Part shown: positions 1 through 10,277 of the stretch, piece by piece
Numbering within the stretch: position 1 is the first letter of the stretch
Layout: each line of letters opens with the position of its first letter
Assembly: GCA_963802335.1 (NCBI GenBank)
Contig: CAWDIE010000004.1
Coordinates: forward strand, 407,446 to 471,445
Source: an uncultured Planctomycetota bacterium
GTDB taxonomy: Bacteria; Planctomycetota; PLA2; JAEUHO01
Reading direction: 5' to 3'
DNA: 64,000 nucleotides
Position numbers and translations under genes: made by a program
The notes under the pieces: model-generated
Seen by the model: the letters and a program-made list of their open reading frames with translations, nothing else
What the model was told of the DNA's origin: nothing
Databases searched by the model: none

Positions 1-129
1 TTCAGCGGTCGCATGCAGGCTTCGGGGGGGTCGTGGGTGCGGGAAGCCTAAGGGCCGTGGCGCGAATCCGGAAGCACGTGCCCCGTGCGACGGTACGCTG
101 GGCGGCTTGTCGGTTCGATTGGACGCGAA

Positions 130-1164
130 ATGGACCAGGTAACCCAAGTGGCGCTCGGCGCCGCGGCGGCGCAGGCCGTCGGCACCCACGCCCTCGGTCG
201 CAAGGCGTGGGTGGTGGGCGGCGTCGCGGCCCTGCTGCCCGATCTGGACATGGCCTTCGCGCCGCTGGCGGATCCGCTCTTCCCCATCGCGTTGCATCGG
301 ACGTTCACACACGGACTGGTCATGGTGCCCGTCCTGGCGGCATTGACGACGCTCCTCCTGCTGCCCTTCGGCTTCTTTCGGACGCGCCGCCTCGCGGTGT
401 TCCTGGTGGCGAGCGTGGCTGCGCTCACCCACGCCCCCCTCGATGTGCTGACGAGCTACGGGACGATGGCGCTCTGGCCGTTCAGCCACGACTGGCTGGC
501 GTGGGACATCGTCTCGATCATCGACCCGGTCTACACGCTGATCCTCGTGATCGGCGTCGTCTGGGCCGCCCGGCGGATCTCCGCGCGCCCGGCGCGGATC
601 GCTCTCCTCGTGTCTTGCCTCTACCTGGTACTGGGCATCGTGCAGCGCGATCGGGCACTCGACGCACAGGCGCGACTGGCGGCCGCACGCGGCCACCAGC
701 CGGACCACGTCCGGGTGATCCCCTCGCTGGGCGGCCCGTTGGTCTGGCGTTCCCTGTACGTCGCGGACGGCCGTATCCATGCGGACGCCATCCGGCTGCT
801 GCCCTTCACGGATGCGGACGTCCAAGCGGCCGGCAGCGTGGCCGCCTTCACGCCCGCCGACCTCCCGGCCGGCGTACCCGACCGGGCGCACGTGGTAGAG
901 GTCTTCCGGCGCTACCACACGTTCGCCGACGGCCTCGTCGCCCGCACGCCCGGGGATGAAAGCATCGTCGGCGACATGCGCTACACCCTCGCGTACGGTT
1001 TCGACCCCGTCTGGGGCATGCGTCTGGTCGCCGAGGACGAGGCGACCTGGGTCGAGCGCGTGCGGGACCACATCGAGGGCATCCTGCAACTGGCGGCCAT
1101 GGCGTTCGGGACCACGGGCGAGTTCCGTCCCCTTCCCACCAGCCCGTCGGCCGCGGCGCACTGA
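130..1164 (+). CDS. membrane-bound metal-dependent hydrolase, YdjM/DUF457-like
   Basis: ORF 85..1164, with the likely start at ATG 130 (MDQVTQV). It has several hydrophobic helices and an HRTFTHG motif typical of this family, plus a soluble C-terminal extension. Confidence 0.6.
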   Translation: MDQVTQVALGAAAAQAVGTHALGRKAWVVGGVAALLPDLDMAFAPLADPLFPIALHRTFTHGLVMVPVLAALTTLLLLPFGFFRTRRLAVFLVASVAALTHAPLDVLTSYGTMALWPFSHDWLAWDIVSIIDPVYTLILVIGVVWAARRISARPARIALLVSCLYLVLGIVQRDRALDAQARLAAARGHQPDHVRVIPSLGGPLVWRSLYVADGRIHADAIRLLPFTDADVQAAGSVAAFTPADLPAGVPDRAHVVEVFRRYHTFADGLVARTPGDESIVGDMRYTLAYGFDPVWGMRLVAEDEATWVERVRDHIEGILQLAAMAFGTTGEFRPLPTSPSAAAH

Positions 1165-1214
1165 AAGCGCCGCCCATTTCTGGCAGAATCTCGCCAACGG
1201 GTCGGAGACAAGCG

Positions 1215-2681
1215 ATGAAGAGGATGTTCGTCCGGGTCGAGCTCTTCGACCCCGTGACCGAAGAGACGTTCCCCACGCACGAGGGGATCGCCGTCTCGGT
1301 AGCGAAGCTCGACCACGAGACCCGACGCGTCGACCGCGACCGCTACTCGTTCCTGTGGGACGAGGAGCTCCGTTGCTTCACCGCCGATGCCCCGGACTAC
1401 AAGACGACCCGACGACACTTCCTCTGCGTCACGTTCCACAAGCGGAACTTCTCGAAGAAGCAGAAGGAGCTCCTGTCCTACGAGGAGGCGCAGGAAACCG
1501 ACGAGAGGCTCTGGTACCCGACGCGACTCCCCCACTGGGACTCCGGGTGGGACAACAACTACCGCAACAACGAGTTCTTCGGGCTACAAGGTCGGCAGAC
1601 GACATCCAGCCCCGATGCACCGATCAAGCTTCGCGTCCCCATCCGCCGGTTCTACGTGGTCGGCCATCGCGGCGCACCGCACTTCTACCCCGAGAACACG
1701 CTGGCCTCCTTTGCGGAGGCCCTGGACCGCGGCGCAAACGGCCTCGAGTTCGACCTCTGCCTGAACGCCGACAACAACATCGCCGTCTTCCACGACTCCC
1801 AGCCGACCAAGCAACCTCCGCGCGTCGACCGAACCAAGTTCGAGAAGCTGCCGTACGAGTTGATCTCTCCCGAGTTCAACATCACCGGGCGCAAGGCCAC
1901 GTTCTACGGCGTGAAGGATGGCGCGGTCGTCGAGGAGGGGGAGAAAGAGCTGGAGCACCGGCACGATCTCGACTTGATCCACCTCACGTTTCCCGAGGCG
2001 CGCGAGGCCTACCGTTATCCGCCCGTGGATGGCCGGGAACACCGCGTCGTGGACTTCGAGGCCTTCCTCGCGTTTTGCGCCGAGAACACCGAGCGGCTTC
2101 GCTTCCTGTTCTTCGACGTGAAGCCTCCCTACAAGCTTTCGGACCCCAAGCCGGCCTTCGCCTACGCGACCCGCATGGCCGAGACGATGAAGAGGTTTCC
2201 ACAACTGCCCGAGCGCATGGTGATCGGCTACGCGGACACCAAGGTTCTCCAGATCCTGAAGCGGGCCTTTGCGGACGCCGGCGAAGAGAGGCCTTGGTTC
2301 GCCTTCGACTCAGCCGGCAGCGCGGCCGCCCTCATGCAGGGCATCGCCCGGGGCTGGCATTGGCTCCCGGGGTTCGCGCGGCGGTTTCTGGCGAAGGTCC
2401 TTCCCGGGGTGCCGAACCCCCTGATGACGGCGCGCAACCTGAAGAACCGGGTCGTCTCCGTGGGGAGCCTTGCAAGGCCGGCCAGCCTCGACGAGATCCG
2501 GCAAGCCGTCCGGGACCGCGACTACCGCCCCCGCAGCTCGGTCGACCTGGTCATTCACTGGACCTTGAACGACCGTGAGGAGTTTCACAATTCCGTGGAG
2601 GCGGGCGTCAACGCCATCCTCACGGACAAACCCGACGATCTCGTGGAGTTCATGAAGGAACACGGCATCCGCGTCACCTGA
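1215..2681 (+). CDS. glycerophosphodiester phosphodiesterase (GDPD) domain protein
   Basis: The block VVGHRGAPHFYPENTLASF..GANGLEFDL..AVFHD matches the GDPD catalytic signature. There is a ~130-aa N-terminal extension. Confidence 0.7.
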   Translation: MKRMFVRVELFDPVTEETFPTHEGIAVSVAKLDHETRRVDRDRYSFLWDEELRCFTADAPDYKTTRRHFLCVTFHKRNFSKKQKELLSYEEAQETDERLWYPTRLPHWDSGWDNNYRNNEFFGLQGRQTTSSPDAPIKLRVPIRRFYVVGHRGAPHFYPENTLASFAEALDRGANGLEFDLCLNADNNIAVFHDSQPTKQPPRVDRTKFEKLPYELISPEFNITGRKATFYGVKDGAVVEEGEKELEHRHDLDLIHLTFPEAREAYRYPPVDGREHRVVDFEAFLAFCAENTERLRFLFFDVKPPYKLSDPKPAFAYATRMAETMKRFPQLPERMVIGYADTKVLQILKRAFADAGEERPWFAFDSAGSAAALMQGIARGWHWLPGFARRFLAKVLPGVPNPLMTARNLKNRVVSVGSLARPASLDEIRQAVRDRDYRPRSSVDLVIHWTLNDREEFHNSVEAGVNAILTDKPDDLVEFMKEHGIRVT

Positions 2682-2752
2682 GCTTGGGAACGGGCGTAGG
2701 CTGAATAGGGCCGACCGCCGCGGCGAGTGCCGAGGGCCAGGGAGGAGAGACC

Positions 2753-3484
2753 TTGCCCCGCAAATGGACCTACGAAACCGCCCTGCCGAGTGGCATGCGG
2801 CACACGATTCAGGTGCAGCCCGATCGGGTCGACGTCGACTTCAACGTGGTCGTGCGAGACCACGAGGGCCGCGAGTTGGCCCGCGATGATCGGCAGGCGG
2901 CGGGGGCCGAGGTGACCGTCGAGACCCACGAGGACGACGCCACCGTCTTCGTCACCGTCGATCTCGTGCGCGGCTCGGCGAGCTTCAGCCTCCGCATCGC
3001 CTCGAAACCGAGCGAGGCCTCCGCGGCGTTCAAGGAGTCGACGGGGACGGCCACCGAGAGCGCCCTCACCACCGGCGAGCGGGAGGCGGTCGTCGAGGCC
3101 CACAACGCGTGGCGGCTCCGCTACGCGACGGACCCGGTGACGTGGTCGGACGAGCTGGGCGCGCACGCGCAGGCGTGGGCCGATCACCTGGCGGCGACCG
3201 GCATGGAACTTCGGCATCGCTCCCCGAACGAGTTCGGTGAGAACCTCTACTGGTCGAAGGGGAGCGCGGCGACTCCGAAGGACGTGGTGGATTCGTGGGG
3301 CGGCGAAGAGAAGCTCTACGACCACGCGCTCAAGAACTGGTGGCCGAAGGCGGCCCACTTCAGCCAGCTGGTGTGGAAGAGCACGCGCCGGATCGGATGC
3401 GGCGTGTCGCGGGTCGGCGACCAGGAGATCTGGGTCTGCAACTACGATCCGCGCGGCAACTGGAGCGGAGAGGCGCCTTACTAG
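2753..3484 (+). CDS. CAP/SCP/PR-1-like domain protein
   Basis: The C-terminal ~130 aa carry CAP motifs (GENLYW, HFSQLVWKSTRRIGCG, VCNYDPRGN). The TTG start is preceded by GGGAGGAG. Confidence 0.75.
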   Translation: MPRKWTYETALPSGMRHTIQVQPDRVDVDFNVVVRDHEGRELARDDRQAAGAEVTVETHEDDATVFVTVDLVRGSASFSLRIASKPSEASAAFKESTGTATESALTTGEREAVVEAHNAWRLRYATDPVTWSDELGAHAQAWADHLAATGMELRHRSPNEFGENLYWSKGSAATPKDVVDSWGGEEKLYDHALKNWWPKAAHFSQLVWKSTRRIGCGVSRVGDQEIWVCNYDPRGNWSGEAPY

Positions 3485-3611
3485 CTCGCCTGGATGATTC
3501 ATGAAGCGCGGCGGCGCGGGGCACAGGCCAACCGCCGCGCTGCGGGGGCGGCGCGAGGTCGAAAAAGTTCGATTGCGAGGCTGCCTCCGTACCGAACGTT
3601 AGTATGGTTCG

Positions 3612-5168
3612 ATGTCGCTTCGCGTGGCCCTGACCCTGCTCATCCTGCTCTCGATGACCCTCGGGGCCCGGGCCGGTCTGTTGAAGGAAGTGGACGCCGC
3701 GCGCAAGCTCGCCCACTCGGACCGGCGCGATGCCCTGCCCCGGCTCCTCAAGCTCTATCGCTCTCCCCCCGCGCCGCGCGAGCAGATCCGGGAACAGATC
3801 GCTCCGCTCATCGCCTTCACCTTCGGCCGCGGGGAGCAGACGCGGACCTTCCTCGAGGCCTTCCAAGGCGACCTGGACGCCCCGGAGCATGCCTGGCTGG
3901 CTTACGAGGTCTTCCGGGAGTGGATGGAGCAGCGCCGCGGTGACCGGGTGCGCCTCGCCACGACCGTCCTCTGCGAACAGCCGTTCCATCGCGCGGCCGG
4001 TCTTCGCGCCCTCGCCGCCCGCCCGACGCCGGAGGACCACGCCCTGGCGCGCCAGGTCCTCGCCGGTCTCCCGGACGATCCCGTGGCGCGCGCCGTCCTG
4101 ACCGAGGCCGCCGGGGAGCTCCTGCTCGCCGGGTGGCGACCGGCGGAGGACCTCGAGCACGACGCCACTTTCGTGCTGCTCGTCACCCGCTTCGACGACC
4201 CTGCGATGCTGAGGCGAACGAGACTCGTCCTGGGACGCATGCTCGCCCGCGCTCTCGACGCAGAGAACGTGTACCTCACGGCCGACGCGTGGCGCGGCTA
4301 TGCCGAGCGCAAGCGCGCCCGGGAGCAGCTCGCGCGTGAGGGGTACCACGCGGGCAGCTCCAGCGTCCCGACCTTCATGGGCATCGCGGCGGCGGGGCGC
4401 GACATCTGCTACGTGCTCGACGTCTCCGGCTCGATGGCCACGCCGATTCGGGGCAAACCGTCGACCCGCCGCGGCGGCGGCCAGTTCCCACGACGGGGGC
4501 CGGCGACGGGTCGACGGCCGCCCGCGGGCTCCGACCCGCGGGAGGGCGCCGCGGACGACAAGGACGCCTTCCGCGGTCTCGAGGCCCTTCCGTGGCCCAA
4601 GATCCACACCCGCCTCGATCTCGTGCGCGAGGCGCTCAAGGCCTCACTCCGCGCGCTCGACGAGGACCAGCGCTTCGCCGTCATCCTCTTCAGCGACGCG
4701 GCCGGGCCGCTGGCCTTCACCCGGAAGCCGCGACGCGCGACCCGGGAGAACGTGAAGCGAGCCTGCAAGGCGGTCGATGCGCTGGCGGCCGGAGGCGGCA
4801 CCAACCTCCACCGAGGCCTCGAGATCGGCTTTGGGATGACGGAAGGCGGCGTTTCGCTCGAGCACGCCTTCGTCGAAGAGGCGCACCTGCTGACCGGGCT
4901 CGACACGATCTTCGTGTTGACCGACGGCGAGCCCAACCAGGACAGCTACACCACGCCCGCAGCGCCCGTGCCCGGTAGGCTCCCCCCCGCGGGACGGATC
5001 GGCGGGGCGTTTTACGCCCAGTCGCCCAACATCCTGCGCGCGGTCGAGCGCATGAATCTCTTCCGCCGGGCGGAGATCCACTGCATCGGCATGGGATCGA
5101 GCGCGCGGCGCCTGCTTCGCGCGTTGGCGAAGCAGGGACACGGGGAGGCCCGGTTCCTGGGGTACTGA
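3612..5168 (+). CDS. secreted von Willebrand factor A (VWA) domain protein
   Basis: The N-terminus is signal-like. VWA motifs are present: MIDAS DVSGSM, GGTNLHRGL and FVLTDGEPN. A ~45-aa R/P/G-rich insertion follows the MIDAS motif. Confidence 0.7.
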   Translation: MSLRVALTLLILLSMTLGARAGLLKEVDAARKLAHSDRRDALPRLLKLYRSPPAPREQIREQIAPLIAFTFGRGEQTRTFLEAFQGDLDAPEHAWLAYEVFREWMEQRRGDRVRLATTVLCEQPFHRAAGLRALAARPTPEDHALARQVLAGLPDDPVARAVLTEAAGELLLAGWRPAEDLEHDATFVLLVTRFDDPAMLRRTRLVLGRMLARALDAENVYLTADAWRGYAERKRAREQLAREGYHAGSSSVPTFMGIAAAGRDICYVLDVSGSMATPIRGKPSTRRGGGQFPRRGPATGRRPPAGSDPREGAADDKDAFRGLEALPWPKIHTRLDLVREALKASLRALDEDQRFAVILFSDAAGPLAFTRKPRRATRENVKRACKAVDALAAGGGTNLHRGLEIGFGMTEGGVSLEHAFVEEAHLLTGLDTIFVLTDGEPNQDSYTTPAAPVPGRLPPAGRIGGAFYAQSPNILRAVERMNLFRRAEIHCIGMGSSARRLLRALAKQGHGEARFLGY

Positions 5169-5186
5169 CCTCGGCGCCGCGCGCGA

Positions 5187-7370
5187 TCAGCGCACGGTGT
5201 ACCGGCCGCCGTTGTCTTCCGCGAGAGCCCGCAGGAACGCGATGTCCTGGTCCTTGCCCACGCCGATCGTGTTCACCGTGATGCGGCCGGTTCGGTTCCA
5301 GCCCTGGACGTGTTCCTGGATGACTTCGACGTCCGTGAACTTGCCGGACGTCGGCGCACCGTCGGAGACGAGGAAGATGGTGTCGGGCGCCAGCTTTCCG
5401 CACTCCTTGATGACGTCGGGATCACGGCCGTACTTGAACGCCAACTCCAGCGGGTCGTAGATGTTGGTGGACGCACCGGTGCGCACGGAGTCGATCCACT
5501 CGAGCGCGCGTTCCTTGTTCTTCTTGTTCACTTCGACGAGGCCGGGGCCGAAGTCGATCTTCAGGTCCTTGCCCTCTTCCGCGAGTTGTCGGTCCGGCTG
5601 CTGGTAGGTCTTGTGCGAGAAGAAGATGATGCCGAACGTACCTCCGTTGGGCAGGCCCTGGATGGCACGCTTCAGTTCCTTCTTCGCCACGTCGATCTTC
5701 TTCAGATTCGGATCCTCGTTCGCGGGTTCGTCCATCGAGAACGAGACGTCGACGATGAAGAGGACGCGATTCGAGCGGATCTGCAGGCCGTAGAAGTCCC
5801 GCCCCTGCCAGGGGCTCCCTTCCTGATCCGAGGTCGGGCGACCGGCGATCGCATTGCCTCCAGCCAGGCGGATGAGCTGATCGGCCACCCGTCCCTTGTT
5901 GGTGTCCCACCACTGGAGGAGTCTCTCCTTGTCCGGCGAGGAGACGGTGAAGTCGTCTTCGCTCCAGAGCTTCTTCAAGGCGGTGAAGAGTTCCTGGAGT
6001 TCCTCACGCCCTTCCTCGGTGTCGGGGTCGACCGCCTGGACGCGCTCCATCAGCGCGGCCGGTACGGCGAGGTGCCGGTACCGGCCCAGGGCGCGGATCG
6101 CGGCGATCCGCAGTTCGCGGTCATCACCCCGCAGCGCGTCCAGCAGGGTCATGCGCGCGTAGTACGAGCGCTGCAGCGATAGGGATTCGAGAATCTCGAG
6201 GCGCAGCGCTCGGGTCGGTTCGTTGCGATAGAGCGCGGCCAGCTCCGCCGCGACGTCGTACTGCCTGGGATCCAGGAACGTGATGCGCTCGATCTCGGCT
6301 TGGCGCTCCGCTTCGATGGAACTCCAGCGCTTGAGGAAGGCCTCGCCCTTCTCTCGCCACCACGACTGCCAGGCCATGGCCGCTTCCGCGCGGCGGATCC
6401 CCGTCATGTCGAAGAGGGTGTCGTAGATCTCCCCCAAGAGCCGGCCATCGGCCGTATCGAGCGCCTTGGCGAGCGAGGGGATCGCATCCGGGTGGCGGTA
6501 GAGCTTCAGCGCCCGCACGGCGGCCATGCGTACGACGAAGGGCGACTTCTCGTCGGCGAGTCGCTCGACGATGCGTTCGAGGCCGGCCTCGCTGCGCATG
6601 TCGGCGAGCCCGCGCATGACGAACACCGTGTCCACTTCGCCCTTCGCGTTCTTCTCCATGTCGAGGAGCGCCTTCTCGGCGTCGTCACCACCGAAGCGCC
6701 CGAGCGCGAGCGCGAACGCGGCCCGATCCTCGGCGTTCTTCGCCTTCACCGCCGTCTTGACTACGTCCTTCCACAGCTTCGGGCCGGCGTCGCCCATCAG
6801 GGCCAGGTTGGTTCGCATGCCCTGCTCGAGCGCCTTGCGGGTCCTCAGATAGCCGTTCCAGATGATCCCGAGTCGCTCCGCCTTCGGGCCGAGGGCGCCG
6901 AGTGCCGCCTTCAGATCGCTGCGGATGCTCTGAGGGAAGCGCCCTTCCTGACGATAGAACTCCTCGGTGTGGATGAACCGTGCATTCCACGCCGCCTGCA
7001 GCTGCGTCTGGATCTTCTCGTACTCCTCTTGCGCGGACAGCGTCGTCTTCTCGAGGCGCTTGAGCGACTTGAAGAGCTCCTTGAAAACGCGTTCGTCCTT
7101 CAGCGCAACGAAGTCGTTCACGATGGTGGGCCAGACCGCGACGGACTCGCGCACCTGGGCCATGGCGCGGTTGAGCTCCTCGGCGTTCTCGTCCGTCCGC
7201 GAGGGAACCTCGGGCACCTCCAGCCGGCCGTCGAGCACCTTCTTCATGGCCTTCAGCCGGTCGGAGTACTCGGGGTGCTTCTCGCCCGCGACGGCGGACA
7301 CGGCGAGGGCACACACGACGACCGCACTGACGGCGATCCAGAGACGACTCAATCGAACGGGACGACACAT
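5187..7370 (-). CDS. HEAT-repeat protein with C-terminal VWA domain
   Basis: It has a signal peptide and HEAT/PBS-lyase-like repeats. VWA motifs are VDVSFSM, GASTNIYDPL and FLVSDGAPTSG. Confidence 0.75.
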   Translation of the reverse strand: MCRPVRLSRLWIAVSAVVVCALAVSAVAGEKHPEYSDRLKAMKKVLDGRLEVPEVPSRTDENAEELNRAMAQVRESVAVWPTIVNDFVALKDERVFKELFKSLKRLEKTTLSAQEEYEKIQTQLQAAWNARFIHTEEFYRQEGRFPQSIRSDLKAALGALGPKAERLGIIWNGYLRTRKALEQGMRTNLALMGDAGPKLWKDVVKTAVKAKNAEDRAAFALALGRFGGDDAEKALLDMEKNAKGEVDTVFVMRGLADMRSEAGLERIVERLADEKSPFVVRMAAVRALKLYRHPDAIPSLAKALDTADGRLLGEIYDTLFDMTGIRRAEAAMAWQSWWREKGEAFLKRWSSIEAERQAEIERITFLDPRQYDVAAELAALYRNEPTRALRLEILESLSLQRSYYARMTLLDALRGDDRELRIAAIRALGRYRHLAVPAALMERVQAVDPDTEEGREELQELFTALKKLWSEDDFTVSSPDKERLLQWWDTNKGRVADQLIRLAGGNAIAGRPTSDQEGSPWQGRDFYGLQIRSNRVLFIVDVSFSMDEPANEDPNLKKIDVAKKELKRAIQGLPNGGTFGIIFFSHKTYQQPDRQLAEEGKDLKIDFGPGLVEVNKKNKERALEWIDSVRTGASTNIYDPLELAFKYGRDPDVIKECGKLAPDTIFLVSDGAPTSGKFTDVEVIQEHVQGWNRTGRITVNTIGVGKDQDIAFLRALAEDNGGRYTVR

Positions 7371-7441
7371 GGTCCTTGATCTCTCGTGGGGTGGAAAAGG
7401 CGGTGGGACGGATTAGGACGGGTGGTGTGCGGGCATCGAGG

Positions 7442-9619
7442 CTAGGAAGAGAGGGACTCCACCTTGCGCTTGAGCTGCGTGGAGTCCGGGAAGGCCTCGA
7501 CGGCCTGCTTGGCCGCTTCGAGGGCACCAGCCTTGTCGCCGGCGTCTTCCAGGACGCGGATGTAGCGGATCCAGGCCGCCGTCGTCGTCGGCGGCCGCCG
7601 GAACCAGGCCTTCATCACTTCGGCCGCCTGCGGCATGCGGTCCCACGCCTTCGCGGCGGAGTGGACGCCGGAGAGGATCCGCGCGAGGAACTTGCCGGTC
7701 TTCTCCCGGTCGCCCTCGTTCTTCTGGTGCAGGAGGAGCTCGGCACGGCGCATGGTCTTGGCGAACAGCGCCGCGTCCCCGTCGAGCGCGGCGAAGACGG
7801 CCAACCAGTCCCGATAGCCGAGCGACTCGGGCTCGGACTGGACGACCTTCTCCTGCAGATCCTTCGCGTCCTTGAACTTCCCCTGCTGCATGCGCAAGAC
7901 GGCGAGGATGTTCCGGCTCCGGTGGTCCGGGGCCAACGCCACGGCCCGCTCGGCGAATCCGACGGCTTCCTGGATGGCACTCGACTCGTCCGTGCTCGAA
8001 GGCTTGTACGTGCTCATCACCTTCTGGTTGTAGATGAGTACCGCGAGATCGGTCAGGACGTCCACGTCCTCGGGTTCGATCATGTAGCAGATACGGAGCT
8101 GCTCGAGCGTGTGGTCGGGGTTCGTCAGCGTCTGGGCGAACTCGTAGCGTTTGCGGACGTCGAGCGGGTCGAGGTCGACGGAATCGCGCAGGTACTGCTT
8201 CGCCTGCGCCATCTTGTCGGGCGCGAAGCGGCTGTAGCAGCGGTAGAGCGCGAACAGGGCGTCGGCGTCGTCACCGGCCGTTTCCTCGGCCTTGGCCCAC
8301 TCCGCGCGTGCCCCCTCGCGATCCCCACCGAAGAGGAGCATCTCGCCGCGCCGCACGTACCCGCGCGCCTGCCGTAGGGGAAGGGTTCTGGCGTACTTCA
8401 GCAGGTCCTTCTGAAAGTCCTTGGGATCCTTGATCTTCAGCGTGTTGGTGAAGAGGGCGAAGTCCTCTTCCCACGGCACGAACTTGTTCGCAGACGCCTC
8501 GATGGCCTCGGTCTTCACCTTCCGCTCGAGGATCTTCTCGAGGTAGGTCTTCCAGCGCCGCTGGTGTTTCTTCGTGTTCATGCAGTAGTGGGCGATCAGC
8601 CAGCTCTGATCGTAGAACTGCGGCGGAAAGCTCTGTAGGCCGGCGGACGCACCGGGGTTGCCCGCCTCGATCAGGTTCTCCAGGGACTCCAGCTTGCCGC
8701 GCTCCGAGGAGTGGATGAAGCCGAGCACGCGTGCGTCGTGGACCTGTCCGGGGCTGAACTCACCGTCCTCGAACTCCGCGCCGCCGTAGTACTCGGCGCA
8801 GGCTTCGTTCATCCAACGGGGCTTTCGCAGATTCGGGTCCGTCAGGTAGATCAGAAAGTGCGTCGCCTCGTGGAACATCACCTCGAGGGTGCCCTTGGTG
8901 TTGCCCTTCTGGTCGAACATGACGAGCTCTTCTTTGTCCGTCACCGGCACGAAGTGCCCCAGGGCATGCTCCCCCTTGTCCTGGCCGGAGTCGCGCCGGC
9001 GCTTCAGGTACTCCTCGCGATGCTTGAAGAAGTAGACGGGCAGCTTGAAGCGCTTCCACTTCCCCTTGAGCCTGATGCCCAACTGCTTCTCGAGGTGCTT
9101 GTAGTAGGCCTCGAGCATCTCCGCATAGAGGTCGAGCTTGGCCTTGGGGATGTTCGCTTCGATGCGGAAGTGCTTGGTCTCGAGGATCCACCGGTTGTCC
9201 CACTCCGCGTGCTTCGCATCCTCGTCCAGCAACGCTTGGAGGCGCTTCTCCTCGGCCTCGCGCAGGGACGTCGCCCTCTTCTCGGAGAGCCACTTCCCCT
9301 CCCACTTGACCATGCCCTTGGCGACCTTCGCTTCTTCGGCTTCGTTGGTCGGCGTGGAGTCGAAGTCCCGGTAGTAGCGGATGGCCAGGACGTCGTCGCG
9401 GGGGATCTGGAAGGTGTGCCCCTCCATTTCGATCGCCAGGCGACCCTCCGTCTCCTCCCCCACCTTGCAGCGGATGACCCGGCGGTCCTTCAGGAGGATG
9501 TTGTCGAGCCCACCTCGGGGGATGGGCAGGTTGGCCAGGGCAGGGGGGGCGAGCAGGGCGACCGAGAGGAGCCCCGCCAGAAGGAACAAAGCCCCGCGGA
9601 TGAACCGGATGGTGGGCAT
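7442..9619 (-). CDS. DUF1570-like HExxH metallopeptidase domain + TPR-repeat protein
   Basis: Start at ATG 9619 behind GGAGG, followed by a signal peptide. FHEATHFLIY is a zinc-binding HExxH motif. The C-terminal half consists of TPR-like helical repeats. Confidence 0.65.
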   Translation of the reverse strand: MPTIRFIRGALFLLAGLLSVALLAPPALANLPIPRGGLDNILLKDRRVIRCKVGEETEGRLAIEMEGHTFQIPRDDVLAIRYYRDFDSTPTNEAEEAKVAKGMVKWEGKWLSEKRATSLREAEEKRLQALLDEDAKHAEWDNRWILETKHFRIEANIPKAKLDLYAEMLEAYYKHLEKQLGIRLKGKWKRFKLPVYFFKHREEYLKRRRDSGQDKGEHALGHFVPVTDKEELVMFDQKGNTKGTLEVMFHEATHFLIYLTDPNLRKPRWMNEACAEYYGGAEFEDGEFSPGQVHDARVLGFIHSSERGKLESLENLIEAGNPGASAGLQSFPPQFYDQSWLIAHYCMNTKKHQRRWKTYLEKILERKVKTEAIEASANKFVPWEEDFALFTNTLKIKDPKDFQKDLLKYARTLPLRQARGYVRRGEMLLFGGDREGARAEWAKAEETAGDDADALFALYRCYSRFAPDKMAQAKQYLRDSVDLDPLDVRKRYEFAQTLTNPDHTLEQLRICYMIEPEDVDVLTDLAVLIYNQKVMSTYKPSSTDESSAIQEAVGFAERAVALAPDHRSRNILAVLRMQQGKFKDAKDLQEKVVQSEPESLGYRDWLAVFAALDGDAALFAKTMRRAELLLHQKNEGDREKTGKFLARILSGVHSAAKAWDRMPQAAEVMKAWFRRPPTTTAAWIRYIRVLEDAGDKAGALEAAKQAVEAFPDSTQLKRKVESLSS

Positions 9620-9750
9620 ACGCCTCCTCGGGAGAACGGGCGAACGCGCAATGATAGCAACGCGCGCCCGAACCACGGGGAGGCCTCAATTCGAGGCCAG
9701 GCCGCCCCGTCCATCCCCCCGGCGTCCGGCCACCCACGAAATGATCGGTC

Positions 9751-9775
9751 TCGATAACTATCGACAACGTATATT
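9751..9775 (+). promoter_or_regulatory. putative padR operator/promoter
   Basis: A near-perfect palindrome TCGATAACTATCGA lies at 9751-9764. A TATATT hexamer at 9770-9775 sits only 6 nt before ATG 9782, which suggests a leaderless transcript. Confidence 0.3.
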
Positions 9776-9781
9776 TCAGCC

Positions 9782-10204
9782 ATGTCTCCGCCTCCCCTCG
9801 CCCACGGCCTGCTCCGCGGGCTGCTCCCCCTGCACGTGTTCAGCCTGCTCCAAGCCGCCCCGCGCCACGGCCTGGAGATCGCGAGAGCGATCGAGGATCG
9901 AACCGGTGGCCACTGGAAGCCGAGCCCCGGCACCCTCTATCCGACCCTCCAGCGCCTGGAGCGCGAGGGGCTCATCCAGGGGAGCTGGAAACGCTCCCAG
10001 GCGGCGCCGCGCCGGGTGTACCGGTTGACCGACGCCGGTCGGCTGGCTCGACTGTCGCTGCGCCGGCGCCTCCTGGAGGAGCTCGCGCTCACGCGCGCGC
10101 TGATCGACGACGAGATGGGGCGGCTGGAGGCGGAGAGCGGGCCGGGCCAGCGCCGGCTGTTCGGCGCGAAGGACGAGCCGGCGCCCCCGCCCGACGCGCC
10201 GTGA
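9782..10204 (+). CDS. PadR family transcriptional regulator
   Basis: The winged-helix signature HGLEIARAIEDRTGGHWKPSPGTLYPTLQRLEREGLI..RRVYRLTDAG is present. Confidence 0.85.
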   Translation: MSPPPLAHGLLRGLLPLHVFSLLQAAPRHGLEIARAIEDRTGGHWKPSPGTLYPTLQRLEREGLIQGSWKRSQAAPRRVYRLTDAGRLARLSLRRRLLEELALTRALIDDEMGRLEAESGPGQRRLFGAKDEPAPPPDAP

Positions 10205-10277
10205 CGAGGAGGAAGGCGGCACGCGCCTGAACCCGTGGCGAAGCGGGGCTGCGCGGCGGGCCCCCTCGAGCCCTACG

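Noticed and set aside
33-2578. ORFs 33..959, 956..2578 and their antisense partners
   Set aside because: Their extreme Arg/Pro/Gly/Ala content is typical of off-frame ORFs in 70% GC DNA. They overlap the well-supported YdjM-like and GDPD genes.
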